A stretch of DNA of 63,686 nt, filler included, from Octopus bimaculoides (taxonomy: Eukaryota), in assembly GCF_001194135.2 (NCBI RefSeq). It is 6 parts of 5 records of this genome, joined end to end, with 100 filler letters (N's around TTAATTAATTAA, not from the genome) between each part and the next. Parts side by side here need not be neighbours in the genome. Positions count along the whole stretch, not along the records: positions 1 to 27,679 come from NC_068992.1; 5 more parts are not named here. The stretch is one strand, 5' to 3'. The notes under the pieces were generated by a model. That model worked only from the letters and a program-made list of their open reading frames with translations, had not been told where the DNA came from and did not search any database. Positions 1 through 13,060 of this stretch are shown piece by piece (the stretch's first letter is position 1; every line of letters starts with the position of its first letter). Made by a program: the position numbers and the translations under genes.

Positions 1-665
1 CATCTTTGCCTCCACTGATTCACTTGCAAAGTGTTGAGTAAAATTATTTCGTTGCAGACCTCCTTTGAGTCTTTTATTATCACTGCGACACATATAGTCC
101 CCAGTTGGTAACATTGATTTCAAGGCCTTCCCAGATGAGTGACTGGTTGTTCTAAGACATTTATTGATTGTAAATATTTTCTGCCCAGTTACCTATCGGT
201 AGAGTGGTCATTTGCAAACTCCAGAGGCGACACTTTCATTTCCCTTTACTCCAAACGTCATGCCCTTCCAATTGCTATAGATCCATAATGCATCTTAAAG
301 CTGTGCCTGTCACCTGTATGGTGAGGAATCCTACATTGGGGAGTAGTAACGACTAGGCTACAGTAGCTGACTAATTATCGTGATCATTCGTCTTTTGCTT
401 TCCTATAGCTTTCCTATAGCTTTGCTCTCTTTTACAAACCCAGTGAATATACATATGTTTCCTATTTCAAAGAAATTTAAACAATACATATTACACACAA
501 GTGAAAAAGATTCGCAGCAATTAAACTTCTCTGGTTGACATTAATACACACATCACCAATAGGGGCCTTAACTCCCACATTTTTCAGCTCCATGAGCTCC
601 ATTTTTCAGGAGCAAAATTCTTTCAGGGTCCATGTACTGTCTTAGGCCAAAAAATTTTTTAACTT

Positions 666-917
666 CCTGCAGAAAAAGTTAAGAACACCTGCAGGAAAAG
701 CTAAGAACACCTGCAGAAAAAGCTAAGAACACCTGCAGAAAAANNNNNNNNNNCCTGCAGGAAAAGCTAAGAACACCTGCAGAAAAAGCTAAGAACACCT
801 GCAGAAAAAGCTAAAACGCCTGCAGAAAAAGCTAAAACACCTGCAGGAAAAGCTAAAACACCTGCAGGAAAAGCTAAAACACCTGCAGAAAAAGCTAAGA
901 ACACCTGCAGAAAAAGC
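666..917. repeat. Minisatellite, 21-22 bp unit CCTGCAGAAAAAGCTAAGAACA
   Basis: About 11 tandem copies with small indels, interrupted by 10-N gaps. Confidence 0.95.
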
Positions 918-927
918 NNNNNNNNNN

Positions 928-1320
928 TTTGCCAAAAACAGTGATTTAGCTGCTATTTCTAGCAGAAATTTCGCCAATTATGATTTTGCCCAAAGCAGAA
1001 ATTTCTCCAAATATGATTTTGCCAATAACGGTGATTTAGCTGGTATTTCTAGCAGAAATTTCGCCAAATATGATTTTGCCAAAAGCAGAAATTTCCTCAA
1101 ATATTTTGCCAAAAACGGTAATTTAGCTGCTATTTCTAGCAGAAATTTCTCCAAATATGATTTTGTCAAAAACGGTCATTTAGCTGCTATTTCTAGCAGA
1201 AATTTCGCCAAATATGATTTTGCCAAACAAGCAGAAATTTCCCCAAATATGATTTTGCAAAAAACGGTGATTTAGCTGTTATTTCTTGCAGAAATTTCGC
1301 CAAATATGATTTTGCCAAAC
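928..1320. repeat. Minisatellite, ~57 bp unit with ~33 bp deleted variants
   Basis: Unit TTTGCCAAAAACGGTGATTTAGCTGCTATTTCTAGCAGAAATTTCGCCAAATATGAT repeated; shorter units lack the GGTGATTTAGCTGCTATTTC part. Confidence 0.9.
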
Positions 1321-1321
1321 A

Positions 1322-1582
1322 AGACATAAGGCAAATAGTACGACATTAGCAAGTAAAATTTGGGAGTTAAAAGATAATGGTGTTAATTTTAGCCTTAAAT
1401 GGGAAATTATAAGAAAAGCTCAACCTTATAGAAATAATAGATATGGATGTGAATTATGTTCTATGGAAATATATGAAATTTTTAAACTTAGAAATAATCC
1501 TAATCTAATCAATAATAGATTAGACCTTAGGGTATCATGTGTACACTGCTCTACTCGCACTTTTAAATTTTTTAAAAAGTAG
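1322..1582 (+). mobile_element. Penelope-like element, C-terminal GIY-YIG endonuclease fragment
   Basis: Open frame RHKANSTTLASKIWELKDNGVNFSLKWEIIRKAQPYRNNRYGCELCSMEIYEIFKLRNNPNLINNRLDLRVSCVH...KK* matches the STTLS.YIW.LK...KW.I...C.LC..E...LN.R...C.H end of marine-invertebrate PLE endonucleases. Missed by the ORF track (no Met). Confidence 0.8.
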
Positions 1583-2729
1583 TTAAAATTATCAAATTAT
1601 AGTATTTTAACTTCTATCATGGTCATCTAGGGCTATTAATTAGCACATATTTTAAATTGGAAATTGAACCTTTATAACATATATTTCTGATCTCTCACCT
1701 TAACATATAATCTTCTTGTGATAAATAAGATTTTAACTTTACTCCATGAAAGATATTTTTTCACACCACTTTCTTAATATGGATCTTAACCCTATATAGC
1801 TTATAAGAATAGGAAATTTCATAAGTTCAAAATGGTTTTAATTAGTTCCCCTAAATTAAATTTTTTTTTTTTTAAATGCTTGACTCTAAAAGGATCATTA
1901 TTATTATTACATTATTTCAGGGCTTGCAGGGATAGTGTCTTGTTGATTATAAAAAAAAGACATTATCTCATCTGACAGCTATTTCTGTGGGCGCTATTTA
2001 GGGTATAATCAGTCTTAATTATTACAATAACAATAATTATTATTATTATTGTAAATAATTAATTATACTAGCTTAAATACGGGAACTTCATAAGCGCGAA
2101 ACATTAAAGGAAAAGAAAAGAAAGAGAAAAAGAGAAAGTATGGATATAGCAATTGATGTTACATGTTCTCCCTCTAAAAACCTTTCGAATGACTGAATAC
2201 AATCAGTAATACAATCAGAATAGTTATAATACTTAGTGGTACATGCCTGTCTAGGCGAGAAAGGCTACTACCGGCGTAATTTAAATATATAATAGCTGTA
2301 GGAGTATTTTGGTAAGGTCATAAAATAAAAAGTAAGAAATAAAAGCTGAAAATACCGGTAGTTACAGAACTTTAAATAATAACAGTTAACGGTAATTTCC
2401 TATATGTGTTTAGTTAGTATTATTAGGTGGGAGACATACCTGAACTACCCTAAACCTGGCGTAGGAAGAGTATGGCCAGTAAAGAGGAGACTATTGGACA
2501 GTTAATTTCAAAAACAGAAGGATGGTCATTATAAATAACACCATTAATCGATGGCGCTGAAATAGGTAAACAATGAATATTTGTTGTAAGAGGTAACAGG
2601 TCGCTTATATCAATGCAGATTAGAACTATATAATATATAGTTGGAAACAGTTGGGAATATTGGTAGTTAAGGGGAGGCAATCATTGATTTTTCAAGTAAT
2701 ATTTAAGCTTATGTATGTATTTTTCAAGT

Positions 2730-5700
2730 GGTTAAGAAGATGATGTGTTCGCATGAGGATAGCTGGATGTTAGTTTGAGCTAGGGCCCGTTTGAGTTGGT
2801 CTTTAAAACGGAATTTCGGAACTCCTCTAGGTCATATTCCGATTGCAAGTTGTCCGTAGAGCATGATCATCGGAAGGCTCCACATGCTGGACATGACCTG
2901 CCCAGCGGAGACAATGGCGAAGAATGGTGGCTTCGACGCTTTGTAGTGAGGCTCAACGAAGAACCTCATTGCTGGTAATGTGATCTTCCCTTCGTATATT
3001 GAGGGTCTGTCGTAGCTTGGATTGCTGGAAGCATTTCAAAGCGCTTGAAGTCACGGCGATACAGGGTCCTAGTTTCACAAGTGTAGAGAAAAGTTGACAG
3101 GACAACGGCAGAGAAGACAATGATCTTTATCCGGTTGATCAGCGCGTGATTGAAGAATACACGTTGGCTGAGTCTATTGAAGGTGAAATGGACCGCCCTG
3201 ATCCGGTTCTCCAAGTCCTTTCACACGCGGGGGTCTTCGAAAGGATACTCCCAAGGTATGAGAAGTGTTCAACTTCTTCTAGGAGTTGGCCGTTGATGCT
3301 AATGTCTGTGGGTGGACTGTTCTTGCCTAGTGCAGGTTGGCTCAGGGTTTTGGTTTTTAATGTATTTACCTGCATCTCGAAGTACTGGTAAGCCGCATTA
3401 TAAAGATTGGCTGTCTTTTGTAGGCAATCAGCGGTCCAGCTCGGGGTGGCATTGTCGTCAGCATACTGCATCTCACGGACTGAGATGGCGGAAGTCTTCG
3501 TCTTTGCGCGGAGACGTGCAAGATTGAAGAGTCCGCCATCCAAGCGATAGCGCATGTTGATGGAAGGCGAGTCTAGTGGCATTTCGTTGAACATGGCGGC
3601 CATGTACAAAGAGAAGCTGGTTAGTATCAGGGTGCATCCTTGCTTAAGATCCCCGGTGATGGGAAACGGGTCTGCGAGGGCATTTTGATGGCATACCCTA
3701 CCCACCATGCGGTCGTGAAGGGAGAAGACAGTGCAATACAGTCTTCCGGACATTCAAACCGAGCAAGGTCGAACTACATTGCAGGATCAAAGAAAGCAAA
3801 GGCTTTCTTTGATCCCAGACGATGAAAATTGCAGGTTGTTGTTGTTCTTGACACGTTTCCTGAAGTTTTTCGGCACAATAGATCATGTCGATTGTGCCAC
3901 GAGAGGGTCGAAAGCCAAACTGGGACTCAGGATGGACGTCTTCCGTGAGGATGAAGAGGCGATTGAGTAGGATATGGGCGAAGATCTTGCAATATTCAGG
4001 AGTCAGATGCCCCGATAGTTGTTGCAATCCTTTCGGTCTCCCTTCTTGTAGAAAGTGATGATAGTTGCATCGCGGAAGTCGCTCGGGAGGGTCTTGCCTT
4101 CCTGGATCTTGAGGATAAGGAGCATCAGATAATTTATCAGCTGAGGACCTCCGTGCGTGAAAAACTCAAACAAGATATTGTCTGGTCCTGGAGCTTTTCC
4201 TGACTTTATGCACTCGAATACATTGTCGAACTCATGAGGCGTGGACGGCAGGGACATCCAATGGCGGATGGGGATCTTTGGGGTGTTTTGGAGGGGATCG
4301 TCAGGAGTGCGTGAGTGGTCGTTAAGTAGACTTTCAAAATGGGACTTCCAGCGATCGAGGATTGCCTGGGTGTCGGTTATTGTAGAGCCAGCTTCGTTCT
4401 TCAGGCCACCGACTGATGACCTTGTGGGGCCAAAGATCTCCTTGATTGCGGAATAAAAGCCGTGAAAGTATCGTTGGGCCGCATACTTTTGCATCTCCTC
4501 TGCTTTCCTCTACCGCCAGATGTTCTGAGCTTCTCGAGTTCCTCGCCGGCATTCCGCTGATGCTTGCTGTTGTTTTCGTTTGTTCTCCGCAGTGGCATGG
4601 TTTTCGAGGGCGAGGTGCATCCAGAATTTGGCTTAGATAAGACGGGAAATAGTTTCATCATTCTCGTAAAAATCAGTCTTGGTTCTTCTGGGTGAAGCCA
4701 AACGTCTCCTCAGCGGCAGCAGTAATGGCTTCACGAAGGCTGGTCCAGCGACCCTCAATGGAGGTCGGCTCTGGGAGGTCCATCAGGTGTCTATCAATAG
4801 ATTCCCTGAAGTGTTGGGATGCTGTGACTTCCGGAGTTTGGCGCAGTCGAACTGTCGGCAAGGGATGTATGCTGAGACCCGCTTTGGTGGGTGGCGGATC
4901 TTGATGTCAAGGCGAGAAATAAGAAGGCAGTGATCCGTCCAGCAGTCATCTGAGCTGGTGATGCGTACATCTCGTCTGTCCCTGGATCTTATCAGAACGT
5001 AGTCGAGGATGTGCCAGTGTTTAGACCGTGAACGTTTCCAAGTCGTCTTTTGTCAGCGAGACGAAATAGGGGGTTGATGAGGACGAGTCTATGCTAGGCG
5101 CAAAGGCTCAGGAGCAGATGGCCATTGGCATTGCATTTCCCAAAGTCGTGATGACCAAAACTGCCGTTCCACAGACAATGGTCACCGCCAACTCTGCCAC
5201 TAAAGTCCCCCAACAAGACGAATTTGTTATGTGCGGAGACTGTCAAGATGGTGCGGTCCAGTAGGTTGTACAACGAAGCCTTGACGTCGTCTTCAGATGT
5301 GAGAGTAGGGGCGTAGACAGACATCAGTATAAGGAATCTGTTACGAATGTGTGGGATCCGAATTGTCATCAGGTGCTCGCAGACAGCTTTTGGGAGAAGT
5401 CTGTGTTGGTCCACGAGTTGTGTTTTGATGGCAAGGCCAATTCCACGGATGTGTGGTTCGTAGGTATTCTTCCGCTTCCAATAAAATGGTGTGTTTGGAG
5501 TCAGCTTTGATACTGCCTTCTCCTGAAAGCCTAGTCTCGCTGGTGTCAATGTTGAAGTGGTTGGTTCCTCGTAGACGAGGGCTGAACATCGCTCCGGACG
5601 ATTAATGTCACTCTTGTCCTGGGCTGTGCGGATGTTTCAGGTTCCGAAAGTGAAAGGTTGAGAAACAAAGGATTTAGTAGTCGATGATGGATGAGCAGTA

Positions 5701-6452
5701 GAATTGACTGCGGAGTGGGAGGTCCGCCACCAGCCGTGGTGTGCTGGCCAGATCGAGTTACCGTGTTCTATGCTTACCCCACCTTTTCCTTTTCTAGGGG
5801 CTTCCTCCTGAGGGGTGGGCTGCGTTAATTCTCAAGAGAGCAACCTAGTCACGAGTCCAGCTGCTGAACTTCAATGTCACGGCTTTTCTTTGGAGAGTGA
5901 CCATCTGCAATTCGCCACCAATGTGTGGTAATGGACAAGAGGCTTCCTACTTTCCAGGCCTTCCTGAAGCGTCCGTAATACCATCAGCATTGGGCTTCTT
6001 TGTTTTTATCGAAACTCAAAGAGTAGGAAGACGAAGCCAGTCGTTGAGTAAATTGTTTGAGGTGGTCGTGGCTGCGCGACGGCCACGCGGACGTATTTTG
6101 CCAGGAACTTCCTCACTGCGACTCAAGAACTGCGACGTGCAGTCTTGATGAGGCTGGCTGCAGCGAGCTGCCGGAGTCTATCCGTCTTTGTCACGCCCAC
6201 CCGCCAGGCGGTACCCTCTTGCACTGTAGTCAATCCTTGGGGGCTTGAGACTTCCCTCCTCTGCTTGCTTCGCTGTTTGGGCCTTGATATTGGTATCTGC
6301 ACGTGTTTAAGCTGGGATCTCATCCTCGACCTTGTTGCCATAGGTGGCCCTACCAGAAGTCTAAGACTCCTGATGGCATCGCCCTCGCAATCATTGGAAC
6401 ACACAAGCTCTTCCACCACGGCAAAAGACGACCATCGGAAAAGAAGTCGTAC
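2730..6452 (-). mobile_element. RTE-clade LINE, 5'-intact, 3'-truncated, frameshifted
   Basis: APE endonuclease (FGT*NIRT at ~5648; SVYAPT, LLGDF), RT (GKAPGPD, Q.GFRPSRGTIDMI, DLKQGC, QYADD, EHFSYLGS) and C-terminal PKFRFKDQLKRAL. A Rex3/Expander-like 5' leader (GGTAGGGCCACCTATGGCAACAAGG) lies near 6340. Confidence 0.95.
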
Positions 6453-6746
6453 ATGATGAAAATATGAATATAATACGTAAGACTTGTGTAAGATTTAAAA
6501 ATGCACATGACACTTTAGAGATCATTAGTCGTGCTAATACAAATTTGCTAGTTTCTTTCACCATAAGATTCGAAAAAAATGAGCAGAGGAAACGATTTAA
6601 TGTGATAGTATTTTATTCTTCACTTTCATTATTTCCGAGGTTAATGGTGAAGTATGTTGTTTGTTGAAGTGGCCACAGAATTATCTTTCTTAATTGTCAA
6701 TATCATCAAAATAGTACTAGCCATGTTCCTAACGTACTTTTCTCGC

Positions 6747-6792
<46 letters not shown>

Positions 6793-7753
6793 CTAATTAG
6801 ATTTTTAATCATTAATACGTTAAATAAGCTGATACTAACTATTGTGTTTTCAAGCAGATAGTTCCTTATGATAATTTACTCTCGGAAATTTTATTTAATT
6901 ACGTCAAGCTGCTTTCAGGGATCAAATGCTGCCAATATCTTCTCTTTATCTTCAGTAAGGGGTCAATAAATGTGTACTTGTTATGCTGAAAATAATGTAC
7001 TTTTTTTAATTATATGATCTTGCGTCAATCACAGACATCAATTCCTTTTAATATGCGTATAATTTACATTATACGATAAGTGAATTTTAATTTCGTAAGT
7101 CGATTAATCTAGCTATCTACGATTTAAAAAAAAAATTAAATCTCTTTTTAACCAGGAGGCAAAATGTAATATCAGAATTCCTGCTAGGAATAGAAAGTTT
7201 CAGCATGCTGTATTTGGTACTGTATTAATTTTGCAATAAATCACTATTTAGAAATATAACTTTGAGCATACCTTCCTTCAGTTTTAATTAATAGGTGTTA
7301 GGCAACAAGATTAATGGCTTGATTTTAAATCTATCTGGTTATTAATTAGAGCTGTATTCAGTTAATCACAGAACAAGACTTGATTTCTGATTATTATACA
7401 TATTGTTGTAATTTGGTAATCTATATGCCATCCTGTGGGAGGCTTCGGAATGATTGCCGCAAACTCTTGCCAAGTTGAGTCTGAAGCGTTCAGTTCGAAA
7501 GTGCAAACATTTCGTTTCAACAACAAAACTAAACCACAAATCGGAAATCTATGAACTTCAGTACAATTCAATACCAAGCCTAACGATGCAGATTAGTTGC
7601 AGGAGAGGATTTCTTATGAAAGAAAACAATTGATTTACTATTAACTGTTTTATTTGTCTATCAATAATCTTTACATCAACACTATAGAGCTAGAAATAGC
7701 AGGCGCATCGGGAATGGAATGATTAATGTGATGTATATTCAAAAAGCAGAAGC

Positions 7754-7925
<172 letters not shown>

Positions 7926-8555
7926 AGTGAGTGGTGGGGAGGAAACGGGTTGAACGGCTGGCCATCTTTAAAACTAAATGTAGCTGGCAAATATATCATT
8001 CATTTTATAACGTGACTACGCTGACTTTTTTGCATATATTGAGTATTAGAGAACTGTCTTGAGTCCAGTGAGGGGCTGTCTGCTTTTTTAAGTCCAAGGA
8101 TTTTTACCCACAATATTTCAAACACACATTTAAAGAAACATTTCGTTGAAAGCACATATTTTTACATTGTTCGTTACTTTTTAAATCTGATCTTATTTCA
8201 TGTAAACTCATTTTCATTTTTGCTTAAGCCTTCCAATTTTGATGATTGAAGTAGGCGTCACGTTTTCATGTAATGGAATCGCAAACTTCTGTCTGTATCA
8301 CAACTATCCGTTATACACTAAGAGCATCATTCAATGAGGGACATATTTGGATAATTCTGTAAAAGGGACGTATTTTTGTGTTTCTATTTTCTTTATATAT
8401 TTATAAAGAAAAAGAAATGACACAGGAAAAACATTGGTTACGCTATGAACTTCATAAGTTTGGAGCTGTTTCTGCTAAAAGGTACAGAAGACTCTTCGTT
8501 GAGTGCCTGAATAATATCCTATAGCTTCATTGTTATTAGTTTCGCAATACTTAAG

Positions 8556-8619
<64 letters not shown>

Positions 8620-8789
8620 TATATATCAGAGGAGATGCCAAGTCATCAGCGTCACTCAGGCTCATCACAGATTTCACATAAGATACACGCCTGCTCGAAG
8701 AATTTCACGTTTTCCCGCAATATTTTTTGCCCCAAATGGTTTATTTTCTATATCTAGCACTATGTCTTTCTCTCTTTCCAAGTTAAGGG

Positions 8790-9065
8790 TAAAAATTAAG
8801 CAACTCTGCAAGACACAACTGATCTAACGCAATTAAGACTCAAAAGAAATCTAAGGAAGAATGTAACGATCGAGAAGGTGGATCACAATGACCTTTTCGT
8901 GTGTACAGTTTGCGACACACCATGCCTGTCTTTGGCTGGCCTCAGACCTCATCTGCGAACGCATAGAAAACGAACCTCCACCAACTATTCTGCCTATATG
9001 TCTGTGCACACCTTTGAATGCAGTGTATGCCAGAAGGTTTGCAAATCCAACGGAGGCTTCAAAAG
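8790..9065 (+). mobile_element. LINE (probably RTE) ORF C-terminus with two C2H2-type zinc fingers
   Basis: LRLKRNLRK...FVCTVCDTPCLSLAGLRPHLRTH and FECSVCQKVCKSNGGFKR (second finger cut by the adjoining mariner). Resembles RTE C-terminal zinc fingers; no splice context. Confidence 0.6.
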
Positions 9066-9520
9066 ATTAGACTCGGAAAGTTTATGAGAAGCCCATTGAC
9101 CGAATTTGCTGACTTTTCCTATAGCATGAAGGTGTCGATGAATAGTTGAATGACCATATCCATGCTTCTCCGCTTGTTCATCAACAGTTACTATTGGATT
9201 TTGTTCCACTAGGGATTTGCAGGACGTCCTTGCCGAGATCTACAGATCTTCCAGGACGAGGTTCGTTTTCTGGGCTGTAGTTTCCGGCTCGGAATTTCTG
9301 GAACTACAGTTGACACTGGCATACGGTTATTTTCCGATCCCCATATATTGCATAAATATTCCTCACACTTTCCGATGCGTTGTTGCCTTTATTGCACTCA
9401 TAAAGCAAAACATGCCAAATATGCCTCTTTATCACTTCCATTATAGCTTTGAAAAAATAACTGTTAAAATCGAACTGCACTCTTCACAATTTGCACTAAC
9501 AATTGGTAGAAGGTAACATT
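9066..9520 (-). mobile_element. Mariner transposase 5' fragment
   Basis: ATG at 9441: MEVIKRHIWHVLLYECNKGNNASESVRNIYAIYG...FQKFRAGN..ENEPRPGRS, then VEQNPIVTVDEQAEKHGYGHSTIHRHLHAIGKVSKFGQWASHKLSE (HTH plus WVPHEL-like linker). Confidence 0.9.
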
Positions 9521-9573
9521 ACTACTTGCTTTTATAGCAAGTTTATGCAGCTAGTTATATATATATATATATA

Positions 9574-9750
9574 TTACCTTCTACCTATTGTTAGTGCAAT
9601 AGTAAATTTAAATAAACAATAAATTCAGATGAACGAATAGAATTAACGGAAAACATGGGGACGTTTCGAGCATAGCTCTTCGTCGGAATTGAGAAAAGGA
9701 AAGGTCCAAAGGAAAAGAAATCACCTTCTATTTTCAGAAATCGCATGCTG
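9574..9750 (-). mobile_element. Penelope-like 3' remnant with hammerhead-like motif
   Basis: Minus strand CCGACGA-A-GAGC-UAU-GCUC-GAAAC-GUC at 9660-9686; ends at a (TA)n tract. Confidence 0.55.
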
Positions 9751-9759
9751 CTCATTCTG

Positions 9760-9937
9760 GGGAACTCCTTTGAGCAATCTGTGAATCGACTCCTTGTATT
9801 TATTCCTTTGTTAAGCCTGGTGCTTATTCTATTGGACCATTTTACCGAACCACTAGGTTACAAGAATGTAAACACTGAAACACTGGTTGTCAAACAGTGG
9901 TGGAAGGACAAGCACAGACACATAGACACACACACAA

Positions 9938-9974
<37 letters not shown>

Positions 9975-10110
9975 CATATATTCGACGGACCCTCATGGCC
10001 CTGGTCGGTCCAAGGCTACAGTAGAAAACATTTACCCAAACTACCACGCAGTGGGACTGAACCCAGAACCATGTAGTTGGAAAGTAAGCTTCTTACCACA
10101 CAGGCACGCC
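9760..10110 (-). mobile_element. tRNA-derived SINE with central microsatellite
   Basis: Same family as the full copies at 29937 and 49495 (GTGGGACTGAACCC, CTATAGTAGAAGAC-type body). Confidence 0.8.
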
Positions 10111-10147
10111 GAATTTTGTTTTAGTTCTTCTTGAGACAGAATGCATG

Positions 10148-10178
<31 letters not shown>

Positions 10179-11699
10179 GCATGCATGCTTGCCGATAGAT
10201 TTCCCTTATACTTAAGCGTGTTCTGTAAACCATCCTTATGGTTTTATCATCCTAGAGTATATCTTGTTTTTTGTTATTAATTTGTGTTTTACTGGGGTTA
10301 TTTTTCAGTACATCTATTGAATGTTTGTTAGTGTGTTTCCATGTAACAACTATCATCAACCATCGACTTAATGTGCTATTCCTCTTTGCCCAGGAGAGAC
10401 ATCAGGCGAGCGTGGCCATTGATCACTTTAGATGCTAGCAAAAAGATGAAAAGTTAAAATAAGCAAATGTATAATAAAACTACATTTTACATCAAAATTT
10501 CGAGAAATAAAGCAATCAGAACACACCAATATTTGATCAAGTAAACAAAAACGGATCTATAGTCTATTGCTCAAGTCAAATCAAATATGATATTTACTGG
10601 CTTTGTTCGTATTTATGATTGTAGAACTTCATGCAATATCACGCAGCGCAAAGAAATTTCTGTGAAAAGAAAGAAAAAGAAGAAAAAGTATTATTCCTAT
10701 ACATTATGGTTATTTCTTACTATTTTATGTAAACGAACAGTTTTGTCCCTACTGGAAAGATTGTATTGCATATCGTTAAAAATAAAAATGAAAAAAAAAT
10801 ATTAGCAGAAATTGTGGATGCATAATACTGTTTGGACCTTACTTGACGCATAGAATGGCTAATAACATCGAAGAGCAATGATCTTGAGCATAAAAAAAAA
10901 ATATTGAAAATAAAACTTTGCACTCCCGATATATTGAGGGCAACCTGCCGCCTAAAATTTCCTAAGGCTTCACAACATTGCAGAAAGTTCATTTTACTGA
11001 AATTTATCAAGTGAAACCAAATCACTTTACGTGGGAGAAAACAGGAAGTTCCGGCAGCGATGTACGCATGTAAACCTCTTCATTCTTATAAGTCTAATGA
11101 CCCAAAGACAGCTTTAAACTTCGTGTACACAACACGGCAGTCTTGTTACTCAGTGCATCATTTTACTCTATGAATTTTCTCTGATTAGGGCTGTCATGTC
11201 GTTATACGCTTGTCTAGTTAGGGAATGAAGCATTGCTGCAATTTCCATTAGTGTTAACTGATCATAACAAAAATAGTAAATATTTTAAAATATAAACAAA
11301 TAACTATTGATAAGAAAGAAAGGAAAAGACAAAAATGCAGGATAAGTGAATAGGAGATGGATAGGGGGTGGATTGAGTTACATTAGGTTTAAGACAAACT
11401 TTACTTTTTTCCTTTCTCTTCCTCTCTCTAGTACTTCACAAATTTATGTTGAATTCATCTGCAACAATATTCATTCTTGTTTAGTTACCTCATCAGTTAT
11501 GGTCACACTAAATCATTGCATCCCACAGGATTTTGCAATATTTATTCTCAGGAACTCCTGAGATTTGGTCATACCACGTCTTTGATCTCTTAAGACCATA
11601 ATTTCCACAGAGCCTCAAAAGGGACGAGGAAAAGTGACCAAACAAAACCATTTATTTGGAACTAACCAGAAACTGTTCTACGAAGTTTTGTTCTCTTTC

Positions 11700-13060
11700 C
11701 ATAGAAAAGTGAGATCTTGTCGATTAACTGTGTAGATTGTCATTCACCACTTGAGTTTCACATGACCATTCTCTGGAACTTGCAAGAGTTGAGGTTCATA
11801 CTATTTTTCGGTACATTCTAGCCCGAACATCATGCACATATTCCAGTACACCCGATGGCTTTTTTTATGTGAGACTCCAAGCATTCTACACAAAGATATT
11901 TCTGCTCTTTTATCAATACGTTAGTTTGCAATTTCGAGAAGCGAAGATACTTGCAGCTTTGGATGCAACTTAATTCGGATTTTTTTTACCAAAATCCATG
12001 AATTATGCCAGGGCCGGCTGCCTCCTAGTTGGCCGTCTTAATAATATCGATGTGTATATACTCCATAATGACGGTAATGACTTCATGCACCCCATTGTCA
12101 TTGAATTCCTGTTTCACTTCTTCAAACCAAATTGCCCTCTCATCGTATTTCAATTCCTCTGATCAAAGCTTGCTCCAAAACGAAGTTACTTCTGTGGAGG
12201 TAAGGTTAACTCTGCACTTCTCATTTTCTTCTACTTGAAGTTTCGTAGAAGTTTCTTGTTATTTCCAAATAATTGGTTTTGTTTGGTCACTTTTCCTCGT
12301 CCCTTTTGATCTCAATTTCACGCACTTTTGTTTTAACCTTTCTGAAACGGAACTCTATTTTCCTCCAGATGGTGCTTCCTATTCAAGTCGTTCTGTTTCA
12401 TTTTTTTTTAATCACATATTTCCACCTCTTACTTTTTCGATCTTAAATCTTTTCACCTTCTCACGATGTTTCTTTTGATTTTACTTCTCCAGAATGCTTC
12501 TTCACTTCACTTTCTCTTTTTCTTTCCTTCAACATCCCTATTCCTTCAGTAATAAGTTATGCAGCAGCATACATCAAATAATTCAATTCTGTGATGTCAT
12601 TAGCTTGAATTCCCAGAACCATTTCATTCGCATTCTCAACTTCTGATTCCAGTTTCCACCTATCACAATGATTTCAATTCTTCTCTCTCTTCATAAAGCA
12701 TTACTTCTAGAATTTTTTGTCACGGAGGGCAACTAATTCTGGACTGATTTCTTTTGGTAGTTCAGCTCTAGGTGAACCGTGGTTCTCCACAGCTGTTTTT
12801 TTTTTCTTCTATGTACAAGACCAGATTCTCGCGTGCAACACACATTTCTTCTGGGACAGTCATATCTACCAGTTCATTTCTTTCAACAAGTGGCATTTCC
12901 TTTTGCTCCATTTTTTCTAGCTAATACTTCATCTTACTTTGTCTAGTTTAATCAGCCAGTCTCTGTTCACTCACATACCTCTACCTAATCTTGGAGGTAA
13001 CGTTCTCTCCAGAGATTTCTTAATCATGTTGTATAGTTTCATTCTCTGGTTCATCTCCTG
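11700..13060 (-). mobile_element. R4/Dong-clade LINE, degraded and internally deleted
   Basis: ELNYLMYAAA, FWRSKIKR, ERLKQK, TSFWSKL, EAAGPGIIHGFW (RT domain 0), then directly IDKRAEISLCRM and HWNMCMMFGLECTEK*YE (zinc-knuckle/RLE region). Confidence 0.75.

Noticed and set aside
1-300. Highly degraded RT on - (LEFAND, GLEINVT)
   Set aside because: Only two weak motifs in different frames; not enough to call
568-1370. 15/16 inverted match TTAACTCCCA(C/A)ATTTT flanking the satellites as TIRs
   Set aside because: The right copy lies inside the PLE coding frame and there is no TSD; likely chance
7362-7577. 71-aa ORF (...TFELNASDSTWQEFAAIIPKPPTGWHIDY...) as an exon
   Set aside because: No recognisable family, weak splice signals, and a length expected by chance
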